NCBI GenBank assembly: GCA_018064405.1 | Contig: JAGHVG010000003.1 | Location: 49,152 to 113,151 of the forward strand | DNA length: 64,000 nt | Source: Candidatus Enterousia scatequi | GTDB lineage: Bacteria; Pseudomonadota; Alphaproteobacteria; Rs-D84 | Direction: 5' to 3' | Shown here: one piece after another, positions 19,372-29,989 of the stretch | Layout of the letters: each line of letters starts with the position of its first letter | Position numbering within the stretch: the first letter of the stretch is position 1 | Position numbers and translations under genes: made by a program | Notes under the pieces: model-generated | What the model was told of the DNA's origin: nothing | The model's database searches: none | Seen by the model: the letters and a program-made list of their open reading frames with translations, nothing else

Positions 19372-19871
19372 TACTTATGCCTCCGCACTTTGCGCATAAC
19401 CATTTCACGACGGGTGGCAGGTAAATAGTCAATGAATAATATACCATCCAGGTGATCTGTTTCATGTTGAACGATACGCCCTACGACACCAGACATTTCG
19501 GCACGCATCTGTTTGCCATCTATATCCGTCCATTCAACAATAACACTTTCGGGACGTGTCACATTTGCAAACACCGGTAAATTATCCCCACCTAATACAG
19601 ACAGGCACCCTTCTTCCATCGTACAAGTTTTATCACTGTGTGATACAATGACAGGATTTATCATTTTAAAAACCTGCCCAGAATCAGGATCCATCATTAC
19701 AAGAAAGCGTTTCAAAATATTAACTTGTGGGGCCGCCAATCCAACGCCATTTTGCGCATGCATCATTGAAACCATTTCGTCCATTATAGACAACAAATTA
19801 TCATCCACCTGCGAAACGGGTTCACATTTTGATCTTAGCGCTGAATCACCACAAAGTTTCATTTGCAACAT
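19371..19871 (-). CDS. def: peptide deformylase
   Basis: The three metal-binding motifs are present: GVGLAAPQ, EGCLS and HETDHLDG. The start is chosen at MLQMKL (19871); the ORF is open to 19946. Confidence 0.9.
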   Translation of the reverse strand: MLQMKLCGDSALRSKCEPVSQVDDNLLSIMDEMVSMMHAQNGVGLAAPQVNILKRFLVMMDPDSGQVFKMINPVIVSHSDKTCTMEEGCLSVLGGDNLPVFANVTRPESVIVEWTDIDGKQMRAEMSGVVGRIVQHETDHLDGILFIDYLPATRREMVMRKVRRHK

Positions 19872-19915
19872 GCAATATATCCTTTTATAATCCGATTGTA
19901 GCAAAGGAATCTTGA

Positions 19916-20785
19916 ATGACAACTTATATTTTTGTTTTATTAGCAATAATTATCGTACTGTTGGTTGTTATGTTATTGCGCAATCCCAAAGTGGATATTT
20001 CCCCCATTCGCGAAGATAACACCCGGCTGCGTGAAGCGCTGGCAACGCGCTTAGGTGCACTAACACAGAACGCAAACGAATTACGCACAATAAGCGCAGA
20101 CATCGCAAATTTCAAAGATATTTTGATGGGCAACAAACAGGCACGCGGATCATTTGGCGAACGTCAACTGGCTGATTTAGTTGCAGATATTTTACCCCCA
20201 GACGCATATGCCTTTCAGTGTGTGATGAAAACAGGTGTCAGACCCGATTGTATAATTCGCCTGCCCTATCCACCTGGGGATATGATTATTGATTCTAAAT
20301 TTCCATTGGAATCTTATAATCGCATGCGCAGTGACAATTCTGATGGGATAAAAAAGCAGTTTGAACTAGACGTCAGAAAACATATTGATGCAATAGCAGA
20401 AAAATATATTATTACAGGCGAAACTGCAGAATCAGCAATGATGTTTATTGCATCTGAATCAATATTTGAAATACTGCACAGGGAATTTCCTGCACTGGTT
20501 GATTATGCCGCACGACGCAAAGTGTTTATCGTATCCCCGGCAACATTGTGGGCAACACTGAACACTATACGCGCCGTATTATCAGACATTAAAATTAAAC
20601 GTGTCGCAGGAAAAATAAAAAAAGAACTTGATGCACTGCTGACTGATCTTAACCGTTTGTCAGACCGTACGGAAAACCTGCAACGCCATTTTGCACAAAC
20701 ATCAGGCGACATTGAACAGATTCAAACATCTGTATCTAAAATCGCACCCCGCGCCGAAAAAATTCGCGATATGGATTTTGACTAA
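19916..20785 (+). CDS. rmuC: DNA recombination protein RmuC
   Basis: N-terminal TM, coiled coil and the RmuC C-terminal domain. SD AAAGGA precedes the ATG. Confidence 0.85.
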   Translation: MTTYIFVLLAIIIVLLVVMLLRNPKVDISPIREDNTRLREALATRLGALTQNANELRTISADIANFKDILMGNKQARGSFGERQLADLVADILPPDAYAFQCVMKTGVRPDCIIRLPYPPGDMIIDSKFPLESYNRMRSDNSDGIKKQFELDVRKHIDAIAEKYIITGETAESAMMFIASESIFEILHREFPALVDYAARRKVFIVSPATLWATLNTIRAVLSDIKIKRVAGKIKKELDALLTDLNRLSDRTENLQRHFAQTSGDIEQIQTSVSKIAPRAEKIRDMDFD

Positions 20786-20799
20786 TAAAGGATAATATT

Positions 20800-21396
20800 A
20801 TGCCAAAACGAACAAATGTTGTTGTTTTTGATTTTGATGGAACGCTATCTGCATCCGATTCAAATTTTGAATTTGTAAAATATTGTATGAAAAAACGCCC
20901 ATATTTATATGCATACTTGCCTTGGATTGCGTTATGGGCCGCAATTAGTAAATTTAATAAAGCGGGGATTACATGGCGACAACAAATGCGACACTTTATC
21001 ACAAAACAAATGGTTCATGATTATACCCCAGGGTTTGTTTCAGAGCACAAAAAGCGCAGATTTGGCTGGGCTGCAGAACAGGTTAAAAAAGAACATGATA
21101 CGGGCAACATTGTTATTCTGATTTCTGCCAGCCCTAATTATACAATTCCTAAACTAGTATCCGATATGGGTTTTGATGTGGTATTAACATCACAAATGGA
21201 TTCACAGCATCCGTGGAAATATAAATTCTTATGTTTCGGATTAAATAAGGTTATTGCCCTGGATTATTGGGCAACACAAAACAAGATTATACCAAACATC
21301 GTTCGCGCATATAGCGATAGTAAATCTGATTTACCATTAATGAAACTGGCCAAGGATCAGGTTTGGATTGATAGAAAAACAGGATTGCGTAAATAA
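20800..21396 (+). CDS. HAD-superfamily hydrolase, subfamily IB
   Basis: DxDxT motif (VVFDFDGTLS) and a cap domain. 198 aa. Confidence 0.7.
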   Translation: MPKRTNVVVFDFDGTLSASDSNFEFVKYCMKKRPYLYAYLPWIALWAAISKFNKAGITWRQQMRHFITKQMVHDYTPGFVSEHKKRRFGWAAEQVKKEHDTGNIVILISASPNYTIPKLVSDMGFDVVLTSQMDSQHPWKYKFLCFGLNKVIALDYWATQNKIIPNIVRAYSDSKSDLPLMKLAKDQVWIDRKTGLRK

Positions 21397-21400
21397 AATC

Positions 21401-21418
21401 GGCACCCAAATGGGTGCC
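21401..21418. terminator. bidirectional terminator hairpin GGCACCCAAATGGGTGCC between the HAD gene (+) and acrB (-)
   Basis: Perfect 7-bp stem with an AAAT loop and T-rich flanks on both strands. Confidence 0.6.
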
Positions 21419-21422
21419 ACGT

Positions 21423-24400
21423 TTATTTATGTTTCTTAAATTTTGTGCGTAATCTTTCCATCGCAAAGAATAATGCAGGGGTCAGTACAAATGTCCACAG
21501 CAAACTGGCGCCCATACCACCAATCATAACCGCCGACATTGCGCGTTTCAAGCCATCAGCCGCCCATAGTTGTGGCAACATCCCAGCCATAATCGCAATA
21601 GATGTCATTAAGACCATATTTTTCTTATCCGATAATTCTGTCCACAATGCATCATACATATTTTCACCATTACGGATACGATTTATCGTTGGTTCCAAAA
21701 CCAAAATATTATTATTAACAACCAATCCAACCAACATAACAAATGCTAACATCGCGCCAACATTCATTGATGCACCAGACAAAAATAATAATATAAACAC
21801 ACCCGCAAAACTGGTCAAAATTGATGTAGCAATTGTAAATGGATGTGTCAAAGAATTCAAAATCGCAGCAAGCAACATAAATGTCAGAACTGTTGCTAAT
21901 AAAAATGCAATTCCAATTTCGTGTGTTGATTCGGCCTGGGTTTCAGACATTCCACCAAACCCAGTATGATAGCCAGGTTTCCAATCCATTTTTGCTATTT
22001 CAGATTCAATTTTTTGTTGAACAGGTCCAATCGTTGATTTACCAATATTTATATCAATTTCGGTAATTCTTTCCTTGTTCAGACGATTAATATTTGACGT
22101 TGCAGCCACTGTTTCTATATCGCCCAAATCGGACAAAGATACCATGCCACGTGGTGAATTAACATATGCATTTTGAAACATTTGATTTGTTTTAAACGGA
22201 CGCGCAAATTCCAATATGATTGGATATTCTTCCCCATTTTCCTTATATTTATAACTATCATTTCCATACAATGCTGTACGTAATACTGTTCCTGCATAAG
22301 AATTGCTGATACCCCAAGCACTCATTTTATCGTCATCTGGGACAAAACGAATTTCATTATTCGGGCTCTGTTGTGCCAAGACCGCACTTTGCACTTCTGG
22401 GATATCGTTTATAATTTGTATTAAACGATTTGCATAGTCATTACGTATTTCGTTATTTTCACCATAAATATTTAGCACCATATCAGACGATATACTGGAC
22501 ATAGATTCACCTGCACGTATTTGAATTTCGGCATCTGGGATTTTTGCCAATTCTGGTAACATCTTTTGCGTTAACATTTTATCTGAAATTCTGCGGTGTC
22601 CCCTGTCTACTAATTTCACCTTTACCGCGATATTTTGCAGACCGCGTTCACCAATTTTTGTTGTCACGTTTGTAACCTCTGGGAATTCGGATAGAACTTG
22701 TTCAATTTGCTTTGATATATCAAGCGACTTGTCATACGTTGCCCCCATAGGCGCACGTGCAACAATGTTTATTTCATTATTATCCGTTGATGGTTGGAAT
22801 TCATTTCCAATAAAACGTGTTAACATTGCAGATAAAACCAATACTACAACAGCCAATAAAATTGTTATTCCTGAATGTGCGTGTTGAAAATCAAACAAAC
22901 GACGATAATTTTTGGATAGTGTGGTTTTGGTTTGTTTTTTCTTTTTATCGCCAGTTATACGCAAAATCTTGGCAATCATCATTGGGGTCAGTGTAAAAGA
23001 AAACACCAATGACAACAAAGTTAAATAAACGACAGTCATTCCAAACTGGGCCATAAACTGTCCGACAATTCCACCCATAAATGCCAACGGTAAAAACACA
23101 ACAACGTTTGTGCCAACACCCGCCAACACCGACACAGCAACACGTTTTGTACCATCTATGGCGGCATCTTCTGGGGTTTTGCCAGAACGCATTTCTTGCA
23201 GTGCAGATTCTATCATAATAATTGCATTAGACACCAATGTTCCCAGTGCAGACGAATACGCCAACAATGTCATAACATTTATTGTAAAGCCATTTAAATC
23301 CATAAAGAACGCCCCAGCAATTAATGATGCAGGTATCACAACGCCAGCAATAATTGTTGAACGCCAATTACGTGTAAATGCCAGCAACACCAAAATAGTG
23401 AACACCACCCCCAGCACAATACCGTTTATTGTATCGTGTGTTTCTTGTGACACAGTAATAGATGAATCATTTACAATCTGCATTTCAGCCGATGGAAAAC
23501 GCGATTTTAAATCAGCAATATAATCAGGCATTTTTTTATTAAGTTCACCAGAAATCTTGACCGCATTACCATCAGATGATTTTACCACAGATGCAATAAC
23601 AACATCCTGGCCGTTGTAACGTGCGCCATTAGCAATATCGCGTGCCGCATCACGAATTGTTGCAACGTCTGATAATTTAAAGTTATGACCTTCGGCTGTA
23701 ACTATACGTAAATCGCCAATTTCTTGGACAGATGCAAATTCACCAACAAATCGGACACTAGCAGAATCAACATCAGATTCTATCTTGCCCCCAGGAACAT
23801 TAAGATTTTTATTTGCCAACGCAGAAACGATATCTATTATCGTAACCCCACGTGCAGACATTTCATCTGGCGACATTTCTATACGCACAGCACGTTTTTG
23901 CCCACCAAATATAGATACACTTGCAACACCACTAATACCGGTTATTTTATTAGACAACACATCATCAACATAATCAACCAATGCACGCGGTTCTGCACCA
24001 TATAAAACAATATCAACCACAGATTGTTGCAGTGGATTCAATTTTTCAACAACTGGTTGTTTCAAATCATCGGGGAATTCAGAAGCAATAGAATCTATTT
24101 TTGTTTTAACCTCTGATGCTTTGTCATTAACATTTACACCCAAATTAAATTCCGCCATCACATAGCCACCGTTTTCATAAACCTGGGACGTAATTTTTTT
24201 TAATTCAGAAACCTGGGATATCGCATCTTCGGCTTTTTTGACAACCTGTGATTCAATTTCAGATGCTTCGGCACCTGGATATACAAATGTGGCAGTTACC
24301 ATCGGGAAATCAATGGACGGTGTGCGTTCAACATTCATACGCGGAAAAGAATATATACCCAAAACAACCCACAACAAAACAAACATAACCGTTGTAATAG

Positions 24401-24425
24401 GTCTGCGCACAAAAAATTTTAACAT
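21423..24425 (-). CDS. acrB: RND multidrug efflux transporter, AcrB/AcrD/AcrF family
   Basis: 1000 aa with 12 TMs and two large periplasmic loops. Typical HAE1 length and hydropathy. Confidence 0.9.
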   Translation of the reverse strand: MLKFFVRRPITTVMFVLLWVVLGIYSFPRMNVERTPSIDFPMVTATFVYPGAEASEIESQVVKKAEDAISQVSELKKITSQVYENGGYVMAEFNLGVNVNDKASEVKTKIDSIASEFPDDLKQPVVEKLNPLQQSVVDIVLYGAEPRALVDYVDDVLSNKITGISGVASVSIFGGQKRAVRIEMSPDEMSARGVTIIDIVSALANKNLNVPGGKIESDVDSASVRFVGEFASVQEIGDLRIVTAEGHNFKLSDVATIRDAARDIANGARYNGQDVVIASVVKSSDGNAVKISGELNKKMPDYIADLKSRFPSAEMQIVNDSSITVSQETHDTINGIVLGVVFTILVLLAFTRNWRSTIIAGVVIPASLIAGAFFMDLNGFTINVMTLLAYSSALGTLVSNAIIMIESALQEMRSGKTPEDAAIDGTKRVAVSVLAGVGTNVVVFLPLAFMGGIVGQFMAQFGMTVVYLTLLSLVFSFTLTPMMIAKILRITGDKKKKQTKTTLSKNYRRLFDFQHAHSGITILLAVVVLVLSAMLTRFIGNEFQPSTDNNEINIVARAPMGATYDKSLDISKQIEQVLSEFPEVTNVTTKIGERGLQNIAVKVKLVDRGHRRISDKMLTQKMLPELAKIPDAEIQIRAGESMSSISSDMVLNIYGENNEIRNDYANRLIQIINDIPEVQSAVLAQQSPNNEIRFVPDDDKMSAWGISNSYAGTVLRTALYGNDSYKYKENGEEYPIILEFARPFKTNQMFQNAYVNSPRGMVSLSDLGDIETVAATSNINRLNKERITEIDINIGKSTIGPVQQKIESEIAKMDWKPGYHTGFGGMSETQAESTHEIGIAFLLATVLTFMLLAAILNSLTHPFTIATSILTSFAGVFILLFLSGASMNVGAMLAFVMLVGLVVNNNILVLEPTINRIRNGENMYDALWTELSDKKNMVLMTSIAIMAGMLPQLWAADGLKRAMSAVMIGGMGASLLWTFVLTPALFFAMERLRTKFKKHK

Positions 24426-24441
24426 TTCGTTCCCCTTATTA

Positions 24442-25017
24442 TTACTTTGATTCTTGAACCTTGGCCCCTGGCACTACATTTGACAGTATTACCATGTCGC
24501 CATCATTTAAACCATGTGTTATTAAAACCCGGTTTGCATCTTCACGCGCAATAATAACCTTTTGCGCAACGGCAACGCCATCTTTAACAACGAAAACCTG
24601 ATTATCATGAACCGCATATACAGGCACAAAATAACCATTACGACGGTATTCGGCATATTGCAATCCATCGGGCACGCCACGTGTTTTTATCACGTGCATA
24701 CCTGTATCCAAATCTATCTTGGACGATACAGAAACAATTTTTCCCGTAGATACTGATTGTCCTGCGCGGAACAAACCAACCCGTGCACCTGTTACCAATG
24801 CACGATTATTTTTTATTGTTAATGGTTCGTACAGGATATCTGTTTCGTTTTTGACAATCATTGTCTGAACAGGAACACCGAATTCTGTTTCCATGCGTGA
24901 GATATTAAACACAACACGATTATGTTCCGCAACCAATGTCCAGATTCTGAATCCGATCCAAAACGCAACCCCAACAATGACCAATACATACAATATTTTT
25001 TTCCAGCGTTGCAACAT
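24442..25017 (-). CDS. short (191 aa) RND periplasmic adaptor (membrane-fusion protein) apparently lacking the alpha-helical hairpin
   Basis: N-terminal TM anchor (ILYVLVIVGVAFWIGF) followed by beta-barrel/lipoyl-like segments (NRALVTGARV...GKIVSV...NQVFVVKDGVAVAQKVIIAREDANRVLI). Sits between tolC and acrB. Confidence 0.6.
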   Translation of the reverse strand: MLQRWKKILYVLVIVGVAFWIGFRIWTLVAEHNRVVFNISRMETEFGVPVQTMIVKNETDILYEPLTIKNNRALVTGARVGLFRAGQSVSTGKIVSVSSKIDLDTGMHVIKTRGVPDGLQYAEYRRNGYFVPVYAVHDNQVFVVKDGVAVAQKVIIAREDANRVLITHGLNDGDMVILSNVVPGAKVQESK

Positions 25018-25021
25018 TGTT

Positions 25022-26347
25022 TTACTTCCTTAGTTTGTTCACAGATTCTTGCGCCATCAAAATGTTATATTTTGAATTTATTAACGCCATATCCAGTTGA
25101 TACAGACCAGATGAAACATCAGCTAATTCCACAGCAGATGTTTGACCCGATGCAAATCTTTCCTGGGAAAACTGATATGCCTTGGCCGCTAAATCACGCG
25201 CATTTTGCAAACTTTCCAGATTTCCACGCAAATGATTATATTTTTTTATTGCATTTGTATACTGTTCAGACACAATCTTTTTAGATTTGTATAAATCTTG
25301 ACGTGATGCCTCTGCATTCATGGCATCAACCGTTGCATTTGCACGATGCAACCCCCCAGAAAAAATAGGAACCTGCAAGGACAATCCCCAATATGCCGCC
25401 TGGGTACCTGCCTTGTCAAACAAGTGATCAACGCTATTACCCATTGAATTATAACTATAATTACCAACCGCTGCCAATGTTGGATATCCATTTGCACGTT
25501 GTGACGATGCCTTGGATTGATACATATTAACCTGTTCTTGCAAAACGTCCCACTCTGGCGTTGACGATAATTTTTCAGGAACATTCAATTCTGCAAAATC
25601 AGACGGAAAATCATCCACCAAATTTAGTTCTTCATTTACATCTATACCAGACAAAATTTTTAACATTCTGTGTGCAGTATCACGGTTAAATTCTGCATCG
25701 GACAAATTTATTTCCTTGGATGCGATATCTGATTCTATTTTGACCAGATTACTGCGATTTGCGCGACCTGCACCCGTTAATTTATTCTTAGATGCCACAG
25801 CATCAGACAAATCTTTACGCGCCAATTCAACAATTTTATCAGTCATCTTGGCAGTCCAATACATATCCGTAGCGCTATATTTTATTGCACGGCGTGTCAT
25901 TTCACGACTGGATTCAGACATCTTAATCGCACCACGCACACTATCAACCGCATTACCAATTTTGCCAAACGTGTAAATTGGCTGTGTAATTGACAATCCC
26001 GCCATAAATATATTGTCAGGAATTGTAAATTTTGCGTCTTCACCTAACTGTGACTGAATTAACTGACCCAGTTCTGGGGGCAAAGCAAAACCTTCACTAG
26101 AAAACGGACGTTCAACATTAACCAAACTCATATAATTTGCAGACGCATCTACGCTAAACCAACGTTTTGCATTAACTGCGTCTAGTTGCGCCTTGGCCAA
26201 ATTTACGTTTGCTTCGGCTTTTTTCAAATCATGTGATTCTGATAACATTTTGTTTACCGTATCTGACAGCGATAAATCCAATGCATATGCGCCAGGCACA
26301 CCGCCACACATAACAATACAAGAAACAAAAAACAAAAACTTACGCAT
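25022..26347 (-). CDS. tolC: TolC-family outer-membrane efflux channel
   Basis: Signal peptide and two repeats of the TolC coiled-coil/beta-barrel architecture. 441 aa. Confidence 0.8.
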   Translation of the reverse strand: MRKFLFFVSCIVMCGGVPGAYALDLSLSDTVNKMLSESHDLKKAEANVNLAKAQLDAVNAKRWFSVDASANYMSLVNVERPFSSEGFALPPELGQLIQSQLGEDAKFTIPDNIFMAGLSITQPIYTFGKIGNAVDSVRGAIKMSESSREMTRRAIKYSATDMYWTAKMTDKIVELARKDLSDAVASKNKLTGAGRANRSNLVKIESDIASKEINLSDAEFNRDTAHRMLKILSGIDVNEELNLVDDFPSDFAELNVPEKLSSTPEWDVLQEQVNMYQSKASSQRANGYPTLAAVGNYSYNSMGNSVDHLFDKAGTQAAYWGLSLQVPIFSGGLHRANATVDAMNAEASRQDLYKSKKIVSEQYTNAIKKYNHLRGNLESLQNARDLAAKAYQFSQERFASGQTSAVELADVSSGLYQLDMALINSKYNILMAQESVNKLRK

Positions 26348-26789
26348 TTTTAACCTCTAACTTACTTAAAATACTGTTCATAGTTTTCATACAACGGGAT
26401 AATTCGGCCTCGTCCTCACACGAAAGGGGCGCGGTTAATTCATCAATTGCATTTCCCAATGCATCAAATGCCGTCATCGCCAATGCAGTTCCCGATTCGG
26501 TCAATTCATACCATGTATTACGACGATCGTTTTCATCAACACTGTGTGACACCAATCCATCGCGTTCCAACATACGAAACACTGCACACAGGTTCGGTGT
26601 TGATACCATTTCCCGTTGGGCAATATCTTTTAATAATGCGCGTCCCCCAAGGTGCAGGCGTAATACCAAAGCAATATGCTTTTGCGAATAATTGCTGATC
26701 TTAGAAAAATCACACTTTAACCGATTCGCCAAATGGTCAACAATCATGACGTTTTCTTTCATCAGTTTAATAAATTCCTTGTGCGCCAT
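26340..26789 (-). CDS. marR: MarR-family transcriptional regulator
   Basis: From MAHKEFIKLM. Winged-HTH signature (LRLHLGGRALLKDIAQREMVSTPNLCAVFRMLERDGLV...DENDRRNTWYELTESG). Overlaps the tolC start by 8 nt. Confidence 0.8.
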   Translation of the reverse strand: MAHKEFIKLMKENVMIVDHLANRLKCDFSKISNYSQKHIALVLRLHLGGRALLKDIAQREMVSTPNLCAVFRMLERDGLVSHSVDENDRRNTWYELTESGTALAMTAFDALGNAIDELTAPLSCEDEAELSRCMKTMNSILSKLEVKNA

Positions 26790-26951
26790 AGTAAATCCTT
26801 TTTTGATTATTGGGCAACCGCAATCGTTAAAAAACTTAATGATTATAAATTTTAATAATTGAATTGCAAGCATTATTTTTAATAAATTTTTCAAACCAGC
26901 AAAAATATTATTGCAAATCCTAGAAAGTGATTTATAATTCAGCGTACGTAT

Positions 26952-27025
26952 TGGGGTGTCGTCTAATGGTAGGACAAGAGATTTTGGTTCTCTTTATCAT
27001 GGTTCGAATCCGTGCGCCCCAACCA
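26952..27025 (+). tRNA. trnQ: tRNA-Gln (anticodon UUG), CCA encoded
   Basis: TGGGGTGTCGTCTAATGGTAGGACAAGAGATTTTGGTTCTCTTTATCATGGTTCGAATCCGTGCGCCCCAACCA. Acceptor stem has a U1-A72 pair, as in E. coli tRNA-Gln. Anticodon stem is AGAGA/TCTCT with loop UUUUGGU. Confidence 0.8.
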
Positions 27026-27085
27026 AAAATTCAACACAGCATAAGTCATTGATTTATAATTCGTCTTAGGAAAGAGGGTTCTCGT

Positions 27086-28003
27086 ATGTACAAATATGGT
27101 TTTTACCGTCGGGTCACATCCGTAGTTGCGGGTATTTTTGGAACAACCAAAGCTGCGCGCCGCTTAAATCGGGATAAAATTAGATATAAAGGATTGATTT
27201 CCACAACTGGCGAATCTGTTTTACCACGAATAAAGTTCGCAGAAAAAATACCTGTGGCGTTCTGTTTTGATTCACGTGGATGCAAGATGGCCGCTGTGAC
27301 GATAAAATCCCTGCTGACGGCATCTGATGGACGCTGTGATTATGATGTTTATTGTGTTATATCCAAAGATGTTGACAAATCTTTGTGCGATATTATTCGC
27401 GGTGTAATAAAGGGTTCTGGGTCAACAATACATTTTGTGACGGCAAATACTGATTTTGATAAATCTAACCATCATGGCTGGATCGTTGCCGTGTGGTACA
27501 GATTGATGCTGCCAAAATTGTTACCAAACGTAAAAAGAATTATATATGCGGATATTGATACTTTGTTTTTACGCGATTTAATAGATATTTATGAATACGA
27601 TTTACAAACGAATGTAATTGCCGCTGTTCCAACCAGAACAGATGGATATATAAATTCTGGATTTTTGCTGATGGATTTGGAAAAAATTCGCAAAGAAAAA
27701 CTTTATGATAAATGGGTATCTGTTTCTAAGGAATACGATTTTAAAAACCCAGATCAAGATGTGTTAAATCATACATTAAAGGGACGTATTGCTTTCTTGC
27801 CATTAAAATACAATTTTCAGTTATCACACGGTTCACGAATATTCAAAATATATTCTGAAAGTCAACTGGATGATTTAAAACATAATTTAGTGGTTTTGCA
27901 TTATTCAGATTTTATGAAGCCATGGGGCCCACGCAAAAAAAGACCTGTATTTTCTGAATTATGGTGGAAAATTGCTCGTCCGTTAGATTTATTTCAAGAA
28001 TAG
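27086..28003 (+). CDS. glycosyltransferase family 8 (retaining, LgtC/WaaJ/GspA-like)
   Basis: GT8 motifs: IPVAFCFDSRG...YDVYCV, DxD (IYADIDTLF), NSGFLLMDL, and the HYSDFMKPW C-terminal motif. Has a ~60-aa basic N-terminal extension. Confidence 0.75.
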   Translation: MYKYGFYRRVTSVVAGIFGTTKAARRLNRDKIRYKGLISTTGESVLPRIKFAEKIPVAFCFDSRGCKMAAVTIKSLLTASDGRCDYDVYCVISKDVDKSLCDIIRGVIKGSGSTIHFVTANTDFDKSNHHGWIVAVWYRLMLPKLLPNVKRIIYADIDTLFLRDLIDIYEYDLQTNVIAAVPTRTDGYINSGFLLMDLEKIRKEKLYDKWVSVSKEYDFKNPDQDVLNHTLKGRIAFLPLKYNFQLSHGSRIFKIYSESQLDDLKHNLVVLHYSDFMKPWGPRKKRPVFSELWWKIARPLDLFQE

Positions 28004-28078
28004 AGTTGTTTTTGCAACAATCTTTTGATACATTTTTGGACTTGTTATGATATAATTTTGTATAAGACAGGTGTATCT

Positions 28079-28850
28079 ATGTTGATAGAAAAATTTATAA
28101 ATTCTTGCAAATCTGATATAGATGTTTATGGTGGTAATAAAAAGTGTTTCCTTTTTGCAGATTATGTTTTGTTGCAAGGCAGCTTTAAAGAAAATGAAGT
28201 AAAAAAAAGAAATTAAAATCGGCAACGAATTAAAAAACAATGGTGTTAATATAATCCCAACCATAGAATATAAGGTTATTGGTCCGAAAAACGAATTGGG
28301 TTATTCAAAAGGATATATCCTGCAACCCAGAGCAAAAGGTGTTTGGTTATATACTCGTAATATGACAAATAGTGAATATAAAAAGAGATTACACGATATT
28401 GCAAAAATGGATTATCGTAAATTAGACAAATTTGTTTCTGATTGGATAGCTATTGTAGAGGCCGGTTTGCAGATAGACCCTAGTAAATGTGAAAACTTTT
28501 TTTATTCTGGCACTAATATTAGTTTTATTGATCTAAACTTACGAAACGGTTCAAGCAATTTAAAAGAGATTTTTTTAGAAATCATGTCTGTTTTAACTGG
28601 ACTAGGATTAAAATATCAAGGAACAAACATTAGTGATTGTATCCAAATTATAACAAATACAGCCGGTTTGTTTTTGAAAAAGAAGTTATTAAACATCAAA
28701 GACATTCAAGATGTTTTATATTCCCGTTATAGTTCGCTGCTTAATAAATTTCAAATCGCTAATATCATTACATCCCTAAATGCACAACAGCATTCTGGGC
28801 AACCAGCAAATAATACGCACTTGCTTAATGTTATGATTGAAAAACAATAA
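28079..28850 (+). pseudogene. hypothetical gene interrupted by a +1 frame change at an A8 tract (28201-28208); the two ORFs (28079-28216 and 28203-28850) would join into a ~255-aa protein
   Basis: Frame 2 reads ...ENEVKKRN* at 28216. Frame 0 is open from 28203 (KKEIKIGNELKNNGVNIIPTIEYKVIGPKNELGYSKGYILQPRAKG...) through the annotated 28296 ORF. The frame switch lies exactly in the GTAAAAAAAAG run. Confidence 0.4.
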
Positions 28851-28950
28851 AACCAACACATGACTTATTTATATTTTGTCAACCAAACATATCTTGACTA
28901 ATCATTTTTTTATGCAATCATTATCAGACAGGAAAAAGGTAAAACATAAA

Positions 28951-29967
28951 ATGAAAAAAAATGTATTTTCAAAAATAGCACTTGCGACAGCACTTGGGAC
29001 GGCTGTTGTTGCACAATCTAAGGCGCAGGACAAAAAAGATCCCGAACAACAAAAAATTGATATATTGTATCAGAAGTTGCGCGCAACAAAGGACATTTCA
29101 ACATATACTATGCCGGATTCATTGCGACATGTCCAAAGGACATACAATGCACTACGTGCAACAGTAGAAAAACAATCTGCAGCATTTGATTCCTTGATAA
29201 GCGTTAATTGGGATATGTATTTGCAAGCATATGACAAGTTTGCCGTTAGAATTGGCAAGCAATTTCAATTGTCTAAATATTTCAAACCATGGGAACTAAT
29301 TACACTAAAGAAACTGGTGCAAGAAGGTAGCCTGTATGCACCTATGGACTATTTTCAGCAAAACGCGCTTGCTAGGATAATGAATGACACAGCATCATTG
29401 GCGGATTTATTGGAATTTTGTTCCGATATAGATTTTGATGTCATATGGCAACATTTTGAAACAAAATTCTTACCCCGAGATTCATCCAATGAATACGACG
29501 ATTACTCACATTGGTCACCAATAGTTTTTATAGACGATAACATAACTAAAGATGTTAACAAAGAGTTGATGTTGCTGTCTGATAGTTGGGCATCGGCTTA
29601 TGTTGATAAACAAATCTATCTAATGAAGATTGATCGTGATAAGTTAATATCTTCGTTGGATGGCACGTATGTTGCAACCCAAAAGAAGCAAATCAACGAA
29701 ATGTACCTGAAAAACAAAGATACGTTTGTTGCTGATTTTACTGCGGAAAACGGTGGGTTAGATGTGCCTAATTTTAGAATTCCTGAAATGAAAGAAATAA
29801 AGACACAATATTTAAAAAACGATGCACGGATAATATCTTTCATGGATCAGTATCAGGAGATGTATTCTGCAGAAGACCGTCTACAAACGTTTGTTAATAA
29901 AGAACGCGAAACACTGGCTGATAGTTTAAACGTATTGCTAGAAAGACGGAAACAACGTAGCAAATAA
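28951..29967 (+). CDS. secreted hypothetical protein (signal peptide MKKNVFSKIALATALGTAVVAQS)
   Basis: 338 aa from MKKNVF; the annotated ORF starts 25 codons earlier. No recognisable domain. Confidence 0.5.
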   Translation: MKKNVFSKIALATALGTAVVAQSKAQDKKDPEQQKIDILYQKLRATKDISTYTMPDSLRHVQRTYNALRATVEKQSAAFDSLISVNWDMYLQAYDKFAVRIGKQFQLSKYFKPWELITLKKLVQEGSLYAPMDYFQQNALARIMNDTASLADLLEFCSDIDFDVIWQHFETKFLPRDSSNEYDDYSHWSPIVFIDDNITKDVNKELMLLSDSWASAYVDKQIYLMKIDRDKLISSLDGTYVATQKKQINEMYLKNKDTFVADFTAENGGLDVPNFRIPEMKEIKTQYLKNDARIISFMDQYQEMYSAEDRLQTFVNKERETLADSLNVLLERRKQRSK

Positions 29968-29989
29968 TCAGAGCATATTATAAACAAAA

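Noticed and set aside
21445-24005. Multiple plus-strand ORFs inside the RND transporter gene (21445-21969, 23110-23523, 23724-24005)
   Set aside because: Antisense to a 1000-aa gene with clear AcrB architecture. Typical shadow ORFs.
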